DNA of 64,000 bases from Octopus vulgaris (Eukaryota), in the NCBI GenBank assembly GCA_951406725.2, contig OX597822.1, forward strand, positions 17,856,001 to 17,920,000. Direction: 5' to 3'. Of the stretch, positions 40,038 to 52,269 are shown in pieces. Position numbers and translations under genes: made by a program. Below the pieces are notes generated by a model that did no database searches, was not told the origin of the DNA, and worked only from the letters and a program-made list of their open reading frames with translations. Each line of letters starts with the position of its first letter. Within the stretch, counting starts at the first letter, position 1.

Positions 40038-40745
40038 GTAAAGATGACAGACAGTAACTGATAATTCCGATTATTTTTCTCTAAACCCAAGGCAAATTTT
40101 TTGGTGCTTCGTGATTAATGGTAATTAAACGGATAAGAGGAATTGCTGTCTGGTCGCAGATTGAATCCCACTGTGCAGATCTAGAGAATTCTATTATAGA
40201 CTTTTTGAATGGAATTTCTTGAATAGAAACTATGGAAGCCTATTAGCTGTGTGTGTGTGAAGGTGAAGACAATAACTTTGCAGGGTCATTGGATTGAAGG
40301 CTTGTTAATAGAGTTTGAATAAGTCATAGGCCGAGTGAAACTTCAAAGTTACTATCAAAAACGTTGTGCTAGACAATAGTTTCTAAGTTTCTTCACAGGT
40401 ACTTATTCCTCCAAGCCAAACCTGACTTATTCCCTCAGCAGACTTTTTCCTTTGAGCTCATTGTTTTTCTTCACAGGTAAAAAGCACTGGTGATGGTGCC
40501 AGGTAAAAAGCACTCACTACACTCCATGGAGTGGTTGGCATTAGGAAGGGCATTCTGCCATAGAAACCAAGCTAGAACAGACTGTGGAATCTGGTGCAGC
40601 CCCTAATCTTGCCATTTCCTGCCAAGCCATCCAACCCATACCAACATGGAAAACAGACATCAAATGTTGATGCTGATGATGATGATGTTATATATATCAT
40701 CATCATCATTTAACATCTGTTGTCCATGCTGGCATGGGTTGTATA

Positions 40746-43006
40746 TCTTCTTCTTGGCATCGTTTCACTGTCAAGGATTAGGAAGGCTGCTGCCCACGAA
40801 ATCTGCACACTTGTTCGTGGCTGATAAGGCCAATGTGGGAACGAGATATCTCATTGCAGTGATGACAGGGGTATGTTTGTTCAGGGTCTGATGATGAACT
40901 TTGCATTATTTTTTCACCTCTGACATTTGTCTTCAAGAGAGGTGCAGTGAGAGATCACAAAGGAGGAAACAGCATTGCTAATGGTATGGCGCCAAGTGAT
41001 GTGGTCAGCTGTTACAGTGGACCACTCATGATAATCAATGTCACAAATGCTAAGGAACTGCTTCAGACAGTCCTTGTAACACTTCCTTATTGGCCTTTAT
41101 TGCGTTGGCCAGTGGTGAGTTCACCGTACATGATGATCTTAGGTAGGAGGTGGTCTTTCATCCTGTCAACGTGCCCTGCCCAATGGAGTCGTGTCTCAAG
41201 TAAAATGGCTTCCAGACTGGTGACCTTTGCTTGCTTGAGGACCTCAGTGTTGGTGATGTAGTTGTTCCAGTAAATGTTGAGGATGGTACAGAGGCAGCAT
41301 TGGTGAAAAAGTTGAAGGGACCTGAGATGATAGCAGTAGGGGAGCCAGGAATGTGAACCATATAGGAGCATCGTGAAAAGGACAGCCCTGTAGACTTTTG
41401 TTCTGATTTTAAGATCTTGTTCCACACACATTTGTGCAGTCTGCCAAATGCTTTGCTTGCCTTTGCAAGTCTGCTGTCAATTTCTTTGTCGATACTCACA
41501 TCTGATGAAATGGTACATCCAACATAAGTGAACTGCTGTACTGACTTCAGTTCTGTTTCAGCAATGGTGATGTGTGGTGGGCTGTACTCTTCCTGAGGAG
41601 TTTGTTGGTGTAGGACTTCAGTCTTTTTCAAGCTTACTTCCAGCCCAAAGAGCTGGGTGGTCTTTGCATAGCAGGATGCAATGTGCTGCAGGGCTCTTTG
41701 TGTGTGTGCGATAAGTGTGGCATCATCTGCAAAGAGAAGGTACTGGATCAGTCTTAGCGTGGGCTTGTAGGCACTGGAGGTTGAGAAGACTGCCATCTAG
41801 ATGGTACATGATGTAGATACCATTTTTGGCATCGAGGTCTACAGTGGCTTGCTTGCGCATCATGCTGAAGAAGATGCTGAAGACAGTTCGTGCCAGGACA
41901 CAGCCTCGCTTCATGCTGTTGTTTATGGGGAATGCCTCAGATATGTCACTATTTAGGTGGACTTGTCCTTGTTGGTCTTCATGAAGCTGGATGATCATGG
42001 TTAGGAATTTTGGGGGACAGCCAAGTCGGTTTCGGATCTGCCACAGACCTTTCCTGCTTACAGTGTTGAACGCTTTTGTCAGATTGGCAAATGTTAAATG
42101 AAGTGGGTTGTTTTGTTCCCAGCACTTTTGTCGGAGAATAAAAACCATATCTGTTGTGCTCCTGTTGGCTCTGAAACCACATTGGCTTTCTGGAAGATAA
42201 TTTTCGGCAATGGACAGAACAAGTCTGTTGAGGAGTAGTCTTGCTAGAACTTTTCCTGCAATAGAAAGCAGTGTAAGCCGCCCCCCACCCACAGTAATTT
42301 GAGCTGTCTGACTTTTCCCCTTTGTTTTTGTACAGTGTAAGGATAACAGCATTGCAGAGATCTTGTGGTAGCTTTCCCTGTTCCCAGCATGCAATGAAGA
42401 GCTCATGGAGTTTAGCATGTAGGACAGGACCTTCATGCTTCCATATCTCTGGTGGTATGCCATCCTGCTGTCTTGGCAATGCTTGGAGGGTGTGTGGAGT
42501 CTTTCCTTTTTGTAATTGTGCATATTCGACCACTTGAAGATGCCTGTTGGCCACTGTTTGCCAGCTGGGTGTGTAGGAGACGAGCTTTCTTTAGGCCACC
42601 ATTTCTAGCCCCCTCTTCATGTGGAGCAAGCAGTGCACTCCCTAGATAAGGCTGCTTGGTCATTTGGGATGCTGCCAAGTGATGTTGTTGACTCCAGGTC
42701 AACACCAGATGAGCACTGGCCCGAACCACCCGCATGCAGGTTGGGAGCTGCGATTTCCAGTGACATCTTCCGCTTGCCCTTTTCACCCCCTTCCCATCGT
42801 TACAGGGCTTGGGGAGTTGGGATCATGGTTGAGGATGTGGACAGGTCTTTCAGCCTGCATGATGGAGTTTAAAGGTGAAGTGCAGTCTGAGCAAAACTGG
42901 CCCATCCTTTACACCTGGGGTTCATCTGCTATGGCCCAGCAAGCTGGGATGATGACAAAGAGGTCCTCAGGACATGGGTTTTCTATCAGAGTGTCCTTCT
43001 CCCAGA
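40746..43006 (-). mobile_element. RTE-clade LINE with 5'UTR, RT and 3' end but no endonuclease
   Basis: 5'UTR motif ggagaaggacactctgat. The ORF start joins DGIPPEIWKH near 42470. Motifs LPESQCGFRANRSTTDM, LLFADDA, FGLEVSLKKTEVL, LHWAGHV, and C-terminal CHHC..HIGLISH. Confidence 0.9.
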
Positions 43007-44996
43007 CGTGTGTGTATCATCATTATCATACATTTTGGATGATGATGATGATGATGATGATACAGGGTCACACCTCACATGACACATGCCAACTCATACA
43101 CACACACACACACACACCTCTATATGTGTATATGTGAGAGTAAAAGGCTGCTGTCATTTGGCAGAGTGATTAGAGTACCAGATTGAATGTATTGTATTCT
43201 CTGTGCCCTGAGTTCAAATCCTACTACAGTCAATTTTGCCTTTCATCTGTTCAGGTTCAATAAATAGACTGTTCAGTGTCAGGGCACACTTCTCTTCTTC
43301 CAGCTGTTGTTATTTCCGGATGTTCCCTTGGGAAGGCCTGCCACTGTTGTCTCTGTCTGCCCATAACTATAGGGGTTACCGAAAGGAATGACCAAACACA
43401 AAGAACAAACTCTCAACTCATTCTTCATTGTGACTGGTGAATGTAGTTGCTTCTAGTCTGAGTTCATTTTTTGTTTCCATGTGGATTAGAGGAAGATATA
43501 TGCTTGTTGCTAAAGCATGCTGCTGTTTTGGCATTACGAAGGGCAGCCAATCACAGAAACCATGATAGATCAGACTGGAATCCAATGCAGTTCTCCAGCT
43601 TGCCAGTTCCAATTAAACTGTCTAACCCGTACTAGCAAGGAAAGCAGATGCTAAATGATGATGATGAGATCGTCTTGATTGCTCCTTGAGGTTTGCTTTG
43701 TCACCCCATCATATCTTGTTCCTTAACTGATCCTTAAATAATGCAGGGTAACCATGGATATTCCCTATAAGAAGACTCTTTCATTTCTCCCTGCATACAG
43801 CCACCCCTAATGCTACTCCCATCCATACACTTAGTCAGAGAGACTTTTACCCCTTTTCTTTGTTCTTTTCCTGTCTTGCAAGTTTCTTGGCAACTCCACC
43901 AGTGCTGCTGGTTGCACCAAAAAGTCACTCAGTTCATGCAGTAAAGTAGTTGACGTTAGGAAGGGCATTGAGCCATTGAAACCATGATGCAGTCCTGTGG
44001 CTCACCAAATCCTATCTAAATACCCAACAAAAATATCACTGATGATGATGATAACCAGTCTTTAATTGGCAGATTTCAATAATATATAATGTCTCCAAAA
44101 TTAATAATGCTAGCAGATAATTTCTTTTTTGAGAGAAAAGATATTTGTAGCTCAACCATATTTTGTTGAAGAATGTCATCTTGCAGTGATCTGTGGTGAT
44201 TTATTATCCTCTAAAATATAAATCACATCTCATTCATCCTGTTTGTTGTTTATTCTTCTGTAAATTAAAGAATAAACAATAATTGATTAGAAATGCAAAA
44301 TCCCTAGATTTCAGATGAATGTTGCCCAGGGTTTGGGGGTAAAGCCAATAACTCTTCTGTTGATGGAGAGAGAAATTTAACACCAGTTTATCTATATATT
44401 TTTTTCTAATTTGCCATACTGTGTGAGGGCGGAGCCAATGTAAAGGGATGTGTGTGTGTGTGTCTTTATTTTATGTTTATCAATAAGAAAATTTTGATAT
44501 ATAATTTAGAACTTAAAAGTTAAAATTTTAAATTTTGTACAAATGATCCTTCAAGAATTCTAGAAATGTTGTTGTAATAAGAATAAACACCCAAGAAATA
44601 TTAGCATGTAATTTTGGATTTTTGTCTGCAACATCAATGGAGATTAGATATATTCACCAAAAAAAAAAAAAAAAGAAAAAAAAATTGATGAAGCTGTTAG
44701 AGTTGATTTAAATGATAAAAGAATGACATAGTAACTAGAAAATCTAACTCAAGAAAGAAGAATGGAAAAGAAAATTTGAATGTAGTTGCAGAGAAGCAAT
44801 CATGTTCATTCTAATCAGAAGAGCAAAAAATATAAATTGCAAATAATAATCTTGAAGATGAAAAAAAAAAAAGAATAAAAATAAAAAATAAAAGTTTGAA
44901 TGAAGGAAAAAAAAAGGAAAATGAGGAAAAAATTATCAAGATACATTATCTTTTGTTCTAAGAGAATATAATAGAAAGTTTTGTGCGTACAGTATT

Positions 44997-44997
<1 letters not shown>

Positions 44998-45039
<42 letters not shown>

Positions 45040-45040
45040 G

Positions 45041-45072
<32 letters not shown>

Positions 45073-45093
45073 CACACATGTGCATGTACCTAT

Positions 45094-45131
<38 letters not shown>

Positions 45132-45229
45132 CACACATACACACACATATATACACACACATATAAACATACAAATATACATATACACACATACATATAT
45201 ATATATATATACACACATATATAAATAAA

Positions 45230-45275
<46 letters not shown>

Positions 45276-45367
45276 CATTCAAATACATGTATATCATCAT
45301 CATCACCATTTAACTAATGTTGATGATACAAAGCTCTTGAATCAATTTATGTGCATATATATATATA

Positions 45368-45409
<42 letters not shown>

Positions 45410-45490
45410 AATATATAAAAAATATATATACATATATAAATATAAATATATGTATGCATGTATATATATGTATGCAAAGGTGTGAGTGTG
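44998..45490. repeat. Compound TA/CA/TG microsatellite tract
   Basis: Direct reading of the sequence. Confidence 0.92.
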
Positions 45491-46129
45491 TGTTTAGCAT
45501 TTTGTATTTCTCACTTAACATGAATACGCTGTAGAAAACATCTCTTAGAAACATAAAGCGCTAAAAAACCTCAAAAGTCTGTGAGTAGCAAGCAAGAAGC
45601 ATCCATCAGTGCCAGCTATATGCTTAGGTAAACTTAGCATCTACTGATATTGAAAAACAGTGATTAACAAATCCCTGGTGTCAGAAATAGCCATCTGGTT
45701 TGGAAAGGATTTGGTTTTAGTGATGGAAGCAGTTTTTGTCCAAAATAAGTCTGTGTATGATTCTTAATTTGGTGGAAATGGGGATAGAAAATGCTAGAAT
45801 CAGTGTTCTTGCTAAGAAAATCCTGAATTTACTGGCTCCTATTCTCTCTCTCTCTCTCCCTCATTTTCACTCTTGTCCACTCTCTCTTCCTACTTTCTCT
45901 CTCCCTCTCCCTCTTACCATCATTCTCTCTCTCTCTCTCATGCCATCTAATTTGATCTGATTACTCCAATGTCAGAAAGCTATGTCCATTTATATTCAAC
46001 ATGTTTGGGTCCAATGAAAAGTGGGAAGCCCCGTGTGGAAACTGCCTTGGCAGAGCAATTCTCCCTGTATAGGATGTGTGTGAAAACACACTGAGCGAGG
46101 CTCAACTTCAGAGTTTCAAACACATGTTT

Positions 46130-46540
46130 CTGCATCGTTACACTTCATTACCTACAGACACTAAATCCATTATCCATAACTCATCGAGAACTGTCATCCT
46201 TACATTAGAACAACAAATAGAAAATTTGCTGATGTACTGTGCCTCTAATTAATTAATACCAGTAATATATGTGTGTCCATTCTGTTGACTGTGCTTCTTC
46301 TCCACATCAAAATGGCTTGATACAGTGTTTGCTGATGAAGTTCTTGCTAAAACAGGGCACATGGTGTTATTCCCTATTAAAGATAGATGCCTTGGATTTC
46401 CAGCAAGACTGGTACTCTCTCTGTTGCAGAAGATTGGTTTGGAACTCAAGCAACTGAAGAAAGCCTTCTGAGGCAATTGAAATGAATTCAAAATGGTTGC
46501 AAATGGACGTTTTCTGTTAGCAAAGTTTACCTCAGTCGTC
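46130..46540 (+). mobile_element. Possible relic of a restriction-like-endonuclease (Hero/NeSL-type) LINE C-terminus
   Basis: SSRTVILTL and LFPIKDRCLGFPARLVLSLLQKIGL..LKKA resemble the xFPVEVGCRGF motif region. Confidence 0.4.
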
Positions 46541-46584
46541 ACTTCACCTCACAGGTGAGGGCAAAATTCTAGGGCCCTCAAATC

Positions 46585-47025
46585 TCATCTTTTAATGTTC
46601 ACTTTTCCATGCTTGCATGGATAAGATGAAATTTGTTGAGATGTATTTTCTACAGCTGGATGCTCTTCCTGTTTCTAACCCTCCAATGTTTCCTAGCAAA
46701 GGTAATATTTCCCTATGGCTAGACATGATTTTCATGACTGGACTGGAAATAAGCCACACTGCTTGTACGACAGTGATGCTTATTTACTGCCATTCTATGG
46801 TGTCAAGACTAAGGTACACACAGACATATACAGACACATGCATTCACGTATACCCACATACATGCACCCACACACACAACATTGTTTCTTTCTATTTTTG
46901 TCTACCAAATCCAATCAGAAGGCTTTGGTTGGCCTGAGGTTATAACTGAAGACAATTGTCCTCGTGCCAAACAGTGGGTCTGAACTCAAGACCACATGGT
47001 TGAGAAGCAAGCCTCTTAACCACAC
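46585..47025 (-). mobile_element. SINE with tRNA/CORE-like head and RTE-type tail
   Basis: The head matches the 17770 SINE. The tail ttttccatgcttgcatgg..ctacagctggatgctcttcc matches the RTE 3' end. Similar copies lie near 25240-25830 and 49010-49560. Confidence 0.7.
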
Positions 47026-49163
47026 AATGTGTTTAGTGCCTTTGTGTTTGTCTCTCAGTAATTGACAGCCGGCACTGGTTTGTTTACATCCTCATAATTG
47101 AGTGGTACACCAAGAAAGAGACTAATACAGGAAGTGCCAGGCTTAAACCCCAAATACTGGAGTCAGCTTGACCGACTAAACCCAAAGCATTCTCCAGCAT
47201 GAGCAAAGTCCTGTAACCAAAGCAAGTAACAAAAAAAAAAAAAAAAAAGAAGAGTATGCATAATTTATTCAAATACCAATAATTTTGCAACAACAGCCAG
47301 ATAATAGAATTGTTTGCCTGCAGTCATGTTATTATTCCAACATAAAGAATCCTTAGAACTCATCCAAGCTTTAAATGTTATTGTTTCCTTCCCATAAGAG
47401 CAAATTATTTCAAACATGAAGAATTTATTAACAATAGGCATTATAGAGTTAAAATAAATAATACATATCACTTTCTAAGTGAATTCTGTGTATCGTTAAT
47501 ATAGTGAGTGATGGAGAGACTTTGAAAGTAAAATATTTAAAAATTATCAAAGATTATTTAATTACAATAAAGATAGAAATATTTACTCCATGGAATAATG
47601 TTATAATAAATAAAAATCAATTGTCTGGTTTTTGCGGATCAGATCGAACCATCAACTGGGATAATTTTATTGACATTTTTATTTGGGGAAGTAGGAAATG
47701 AATGCAGTTGTGACATTCATGCCTTTTTCACGAGTTAATAAACTGAAAATAACTACAACTTGGAGTTATAAATAGATGCCAGACTTAGTCCAGCAAGTGG
47801 TTTCTGTTTGATCCAAAGATTAACTTGGAACTCCAGATGATTCCACCTGAAATGTTAGGTTTTTCTTTTCTCTCTTAGCAAAATAATTTCTTTCATTTTA
47901 TGGAGTTTTCTATATTCTTTTGGCAGACGCAGAGCATTATTTGTTGTCTTGAATTCACTCAGTAACTTACGTGTGTATCATGTGTTTGTTTTTTGTTTTT
48001 TTTTTTGTTTGGAATGCTATTCTACACAACATGATATGTCTGTAGGTTTGGTATTAGGATTGCATTCCGAAGTAGAAACCATGCCAAAGCAGAGAGTGGG
48101 ACTTGGCTGTCCGCTGAATCACTGGCTTCTCTTGAACAATCAAACCCATGTAAAACAGATGTTAAATGATGATGATGATGTCTACTCCAACCCTTTGTCT
48201 TTATATGCAATACCTTTGCAAACAGATAATGAGAGATGATCAACTGAACTGGTTTCCATCCTATGCTGGGATATTACTAGTCACAAATTACTTTCATTAC
48301 CATCATCAGCATATTGCTTATAAACCCACTCTTACTAAAGGCTTATGCTAATCAAACAGACCAATTTACTTATTATAATGCATTCTTGATAGTTCGTTTG
48401 ACTAATGAATTGGAGTATTTTCATGTTGTTTTGACAAGTGAGTGTTCATCAAAACACAGGGACTGAGTTTGCTGAACAACCCTCACGATGAGTATTGTTG
48501 TTGTGGGTATATTTTCTGCCAATCCAGTCCCACCCTCATGTCCTTCCAACTTGTATTGTTTGGTGCAACAAGTACCCTCGGTCCAGCAGTTATCAGAGTG
48601 CAGGCTTTGTATTCCTGGATAAGCAACACTGAGTTTATGGGGTTGTCTGTGAGTAACCTTCTTCTGGATGCAGTTCTGTAATATGTTTATCAGCCTATAG
48701 CTGGGATCCTGCCAGGAGCTGCTACTCTAGGTCAGAGCAGATATGGGAACAATAGTATTGAAGAGTTCGGTTCCGTACTCTTCGAAACTTTCAAACAGGG
48801 ATCCACTATTGGATTTAGGCTAAACCCATACTCAAGAATTTAAAATAATTATGTGTTAACAGTATTTCATTTTAATGTTCTTCTAATCTACAGAATATAA
48901 CCATAGGTTTTAACTAAGAGGGTAAGATGTAAATACCTTGTTTTAATGCACAGGATCAGAAAAAAAAAACAGGGATCAATCAGCTTCACTAGTTTCAATA
49001 TCATATTGATGCTGGCATAGCTGTAGAGTTTAGAAGTTTGCTTGCCAGCTATGTGGTTCAGTCCTATTTTGTGGTACCTTTAGCAAGGAGTCTCTACTAT
49101 AGGCCCAGATTGACCAAAGCCTTGTGAGTGGATTTCATCGATGGAAACTGAAAGGAGCCTATC

Positions 49164-49194
<31 letters not shown>

Positions 49195-49300
49195 CAAATA
49201 CAAAATATGCAGATTTACTTCACAAGTGATCTAAACAATTAGGTATGCTAGGTGAGTGTTGTAACGGACTACTAGGGCTCCAAGGTTATAGCTAAGCGCT

Positions 49301-49340
<40 letters not shown>

Positions 49341-50389
49341 TTATGTATATTTGTCTTGCCATGACATCAAGAGTTTGTTATAAATAAACATGCGTAAACA
49401 AAGTCCTTCATTTTCTTCTGTGGAAACATGTCTAGCCTTGAAGAAATGCTGTTTTGCTTGGAACTTTTCAACCCAAAGGACATCCAGCCATAGAAAACCT
49501 GCCTCAACAAACACTGTCTGACTCATTCTTGCATAAGTCATGGAATAAACATTAAGACAACAGCAACAATAATAATATTACATCGTACGATTGTTTCACT
49601 TTAGTATTTCTTTCAGTAAAAGTTAGTCCATTAAGTTAAAAGTATTTTTGTTATATTTTTAGTCATTTCTCGTTTGATTTGCCATGTTACCTTCAGTAAG
49701 TCAGTGCTGCCAAATGAAGTGTTTTGTTTCCTTAAATTCTTAAAGCAGGATCTTTCCATGCTGTATCTCTATCAGACATGATTTGTGACCAATAGCTTTG
49801 TTCCTTCAGTTACATCAGCTTGGTTTATAGCATCTTGATAATAATATCAGTATTGTTATATCATGCATTTGTAGCCTCTATACAACTGACTGTCACTGAA
49901 AATATAATTCATTATGTAGATAATTAAATATATTTATAACTGGACTAATAAATGAAATGTAGCATTCTTGATCTCTTTTGCTGATGAGGTTCAGTCTTTT
50001 CCCCAAATTTATTGTGGTGTGTCCAGAGGCAGTTTGACATATTATAATTATCCATAGGGCAGAACTTTCAAATGTAAAGTCACAGCTTTGGTATTTAAAC
50101 TATGTCAATGTGGTGGAGTAAATATAAAAATGCTACTTTTCTTCTCTAATTGTTAAAAAAATATTCATTTTAATCATTGCTTTAATTAACCTTTAATCAT
50201 TTCACAAATTACAATTCTTTTGCTTCCCAGCAATGAAATTTGGGGTTCATTCCCACTGCACAGCACCTTGGGCAAATGTCCCCTACTAAAGCATCAAGCC
50301 AACCAACACTGTGTGAGTGGCATTTGGTCACTCTCATGTAAAGACTGTTGCTACTAATGTGTAAATAATCCACTGAATGATCACTCTTC

Positions 50390-50689
50390 ACCTTACTCTA
50401 CATGTGTCGCAGCCAATGAAATGGACTGATTTCTCTGCATACACAGTGCGTAGTGAAGAAGTTATGATATTGCTGTGGGCTCGTCCTAGGCAAAAAGTTA
50501 AACTTTGTTTTTGCCAATGACACTCTCCAGACCCCAAGTAAGGCATGTGTAAAGTTTGAATGAAATTGGTTGTGTAGTTCTCAAGTTTTAGGGAAACACA
50601 GACAGGCAGACAGACACACATCATCATCATCATCATCATTTAACGTCCGCTTTCCATGCTAGCATGGGTTGGACGGAAGCATGATTCTC

Positions 50690-50700
<11 letters not shown>
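50390..50700 (-). mobile_element. Fragment of the non-autonomous Helitron family seen at 61482-63457, with a short RTE tail (50620-50677) inserted
   Basis: aagtaaggcatgtgtaaa..tttgaatgaaattggttgtgtagttctcaagttttagggaaacac matches 63327-63390. The left boundary is uncertain. Confidence 0.65.
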
Positions 50701-50730
<30 letters not shown>

Positions 50731-50830
50731 AAATAATATGTCACAATAGTGTCACATATTATTTTACAAATAAATTTCCTCTATTTACATAATATTGAGG
50801 TCTCTTTCTTTTGTTATCTTGCCGTTTTTA

Positions 50831-50860
<30 letters not shown>

Positions 50861-50861
<1 letters not shown>

Positions 50862-51183
50862 CATCATCATCATCATCATCATCATTTAACGTCCGCTTTC
50901 CATGCTAGCATGGGTTGGACGGTTCAACTGGGGTCTGGGGAGCCCGAAAGCTGCACCAGTCCAGTCAGATCTGGCAGTGTTTCTACAGCTGGATGCCCTT
51001 CCTAACGCCAACCACTCCGAGAGTGTAGTGGGTGATTTTATGTGCCACCGACACAGGTGCCAGACGAGGCTGGCAAACGGCCACGCTCGGATGGTGTTTT
51101 TTATGTGCCACCGACACAGGTGCCAGACGAGGCTGGCAGACGGCCACGCTCGGATGGTGTTTTTATGTGCCACCGACACAGGT
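50861..51183 (-). mobile_element. RTE 3' terminal copy with ~62-bp tandem units
   Basis: (CAT)n tail. ttttatgtgccaccgacacagg repeats three times from about 51037. Confidence 0.88.
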
Positions 51184-51544
51184 ATATATAAATAGATGTA
51201 TGTATGTATAAAACAGGTCTCTGAGTTTTTGGCCATGAAATCAAGTCACAAAGCTTTTGTTAACCTGGGGCTATAGTAGAACACAATACCCAAGGTGTAA
51301 CAGTGTTTTGAATCCAGCACCACATGGTTAGTAAGCAAGCTTCTTAACCACACTGCCACATTTGTGCCTATTATATATATGTGTTTGTATACAACAGGAG
51401 TTTTTTCCAGTTTCTGTCTTCCAAACCCAATCACAAGGGTTGGCCATAGTTGGAGAAACTTGTCCAAGGTGTCCTACACTAGGACCAAATCTGAAAGTAT
51501 ATCGGTGTGAAACGAACTTGTTAACCACACCGTCATGCTTGCAC

Positions 51545-51960
51545 TTTTCTTGGAAATAATTTTTCGATGTTTGGTCATCGACTTTGAACTCTGCTGTTTG
51601 CCAAGAAGTTAATGTTTCATCCTTCACCAAGTTGAATCTGTTTCTGGGTTGTTGAAGTAAAACAGTTTTGTTATGAAGATGTTTATAGCCGAAGCCTTTT
51701 TAAACATTAATTTTGCCTGCAGATAAAATGCTTCTGTGATCACATTGCCAGCAGACCATGAACATCAATCTCTTGTGATGCAATTTCATACAAGTTTTCT
51801 TATTGTGTGTTTAACAGTTGAGTAGTTATCATAATAGACTTGATATTTGCCTTTCAGCTATCTGTAGATGTGTGTCCTAATGAGCCACATCATTTTGCTC
51901 TGCTTTCTTAAAAGATATCACCCATATTGTCGATCGTTTCCTTTTATCTGCTTCTATAGT
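51545..51960 (-). mobile_element. Very decayed mariner-like transposase fragment
   Basis: Minus-strand remnants YYDN and KLHHKRLMFMVCW resemble mariner YDN..LHxKKxMLxVWW. Confidence 0.35.
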
Positions 51961-52269
51961 TTCTGTTCCATTTAAGGTGGGAAGTTCTATTATCGACTTG
52001 TGTTACTTTTATTTAGTTTAACAGCCAAGATACTGTTGTATAGCAACAAGCAAAGAACTTCCATGCAAAGGTTTGCAGCCAACTGGACATTACATTTGCT
52101 CTCAGTTCCATGTAAAGAAGCAGGCATTTCAGTTTTGACTTTACTGTAACAGGTTTTAGCCAGAGGTTGGTGTCAGGCTGGAGCAGTATCTTTAGAGTAA
52201 TTGAGTTTTATTTCACACTCACTTCCCAGCTTTCTCTCTGGAACTGCTTCTTAGGAAGTGGCAAGCTGG

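Noticed and set aside
51037-51183. CRISPR-like repeat-spacer pattern
   Set aside because: The intervening sequences are also near-identical, so it is a tandem repeat within an RTE 3'UTR in a eukaryotic genome, with no cas genes.
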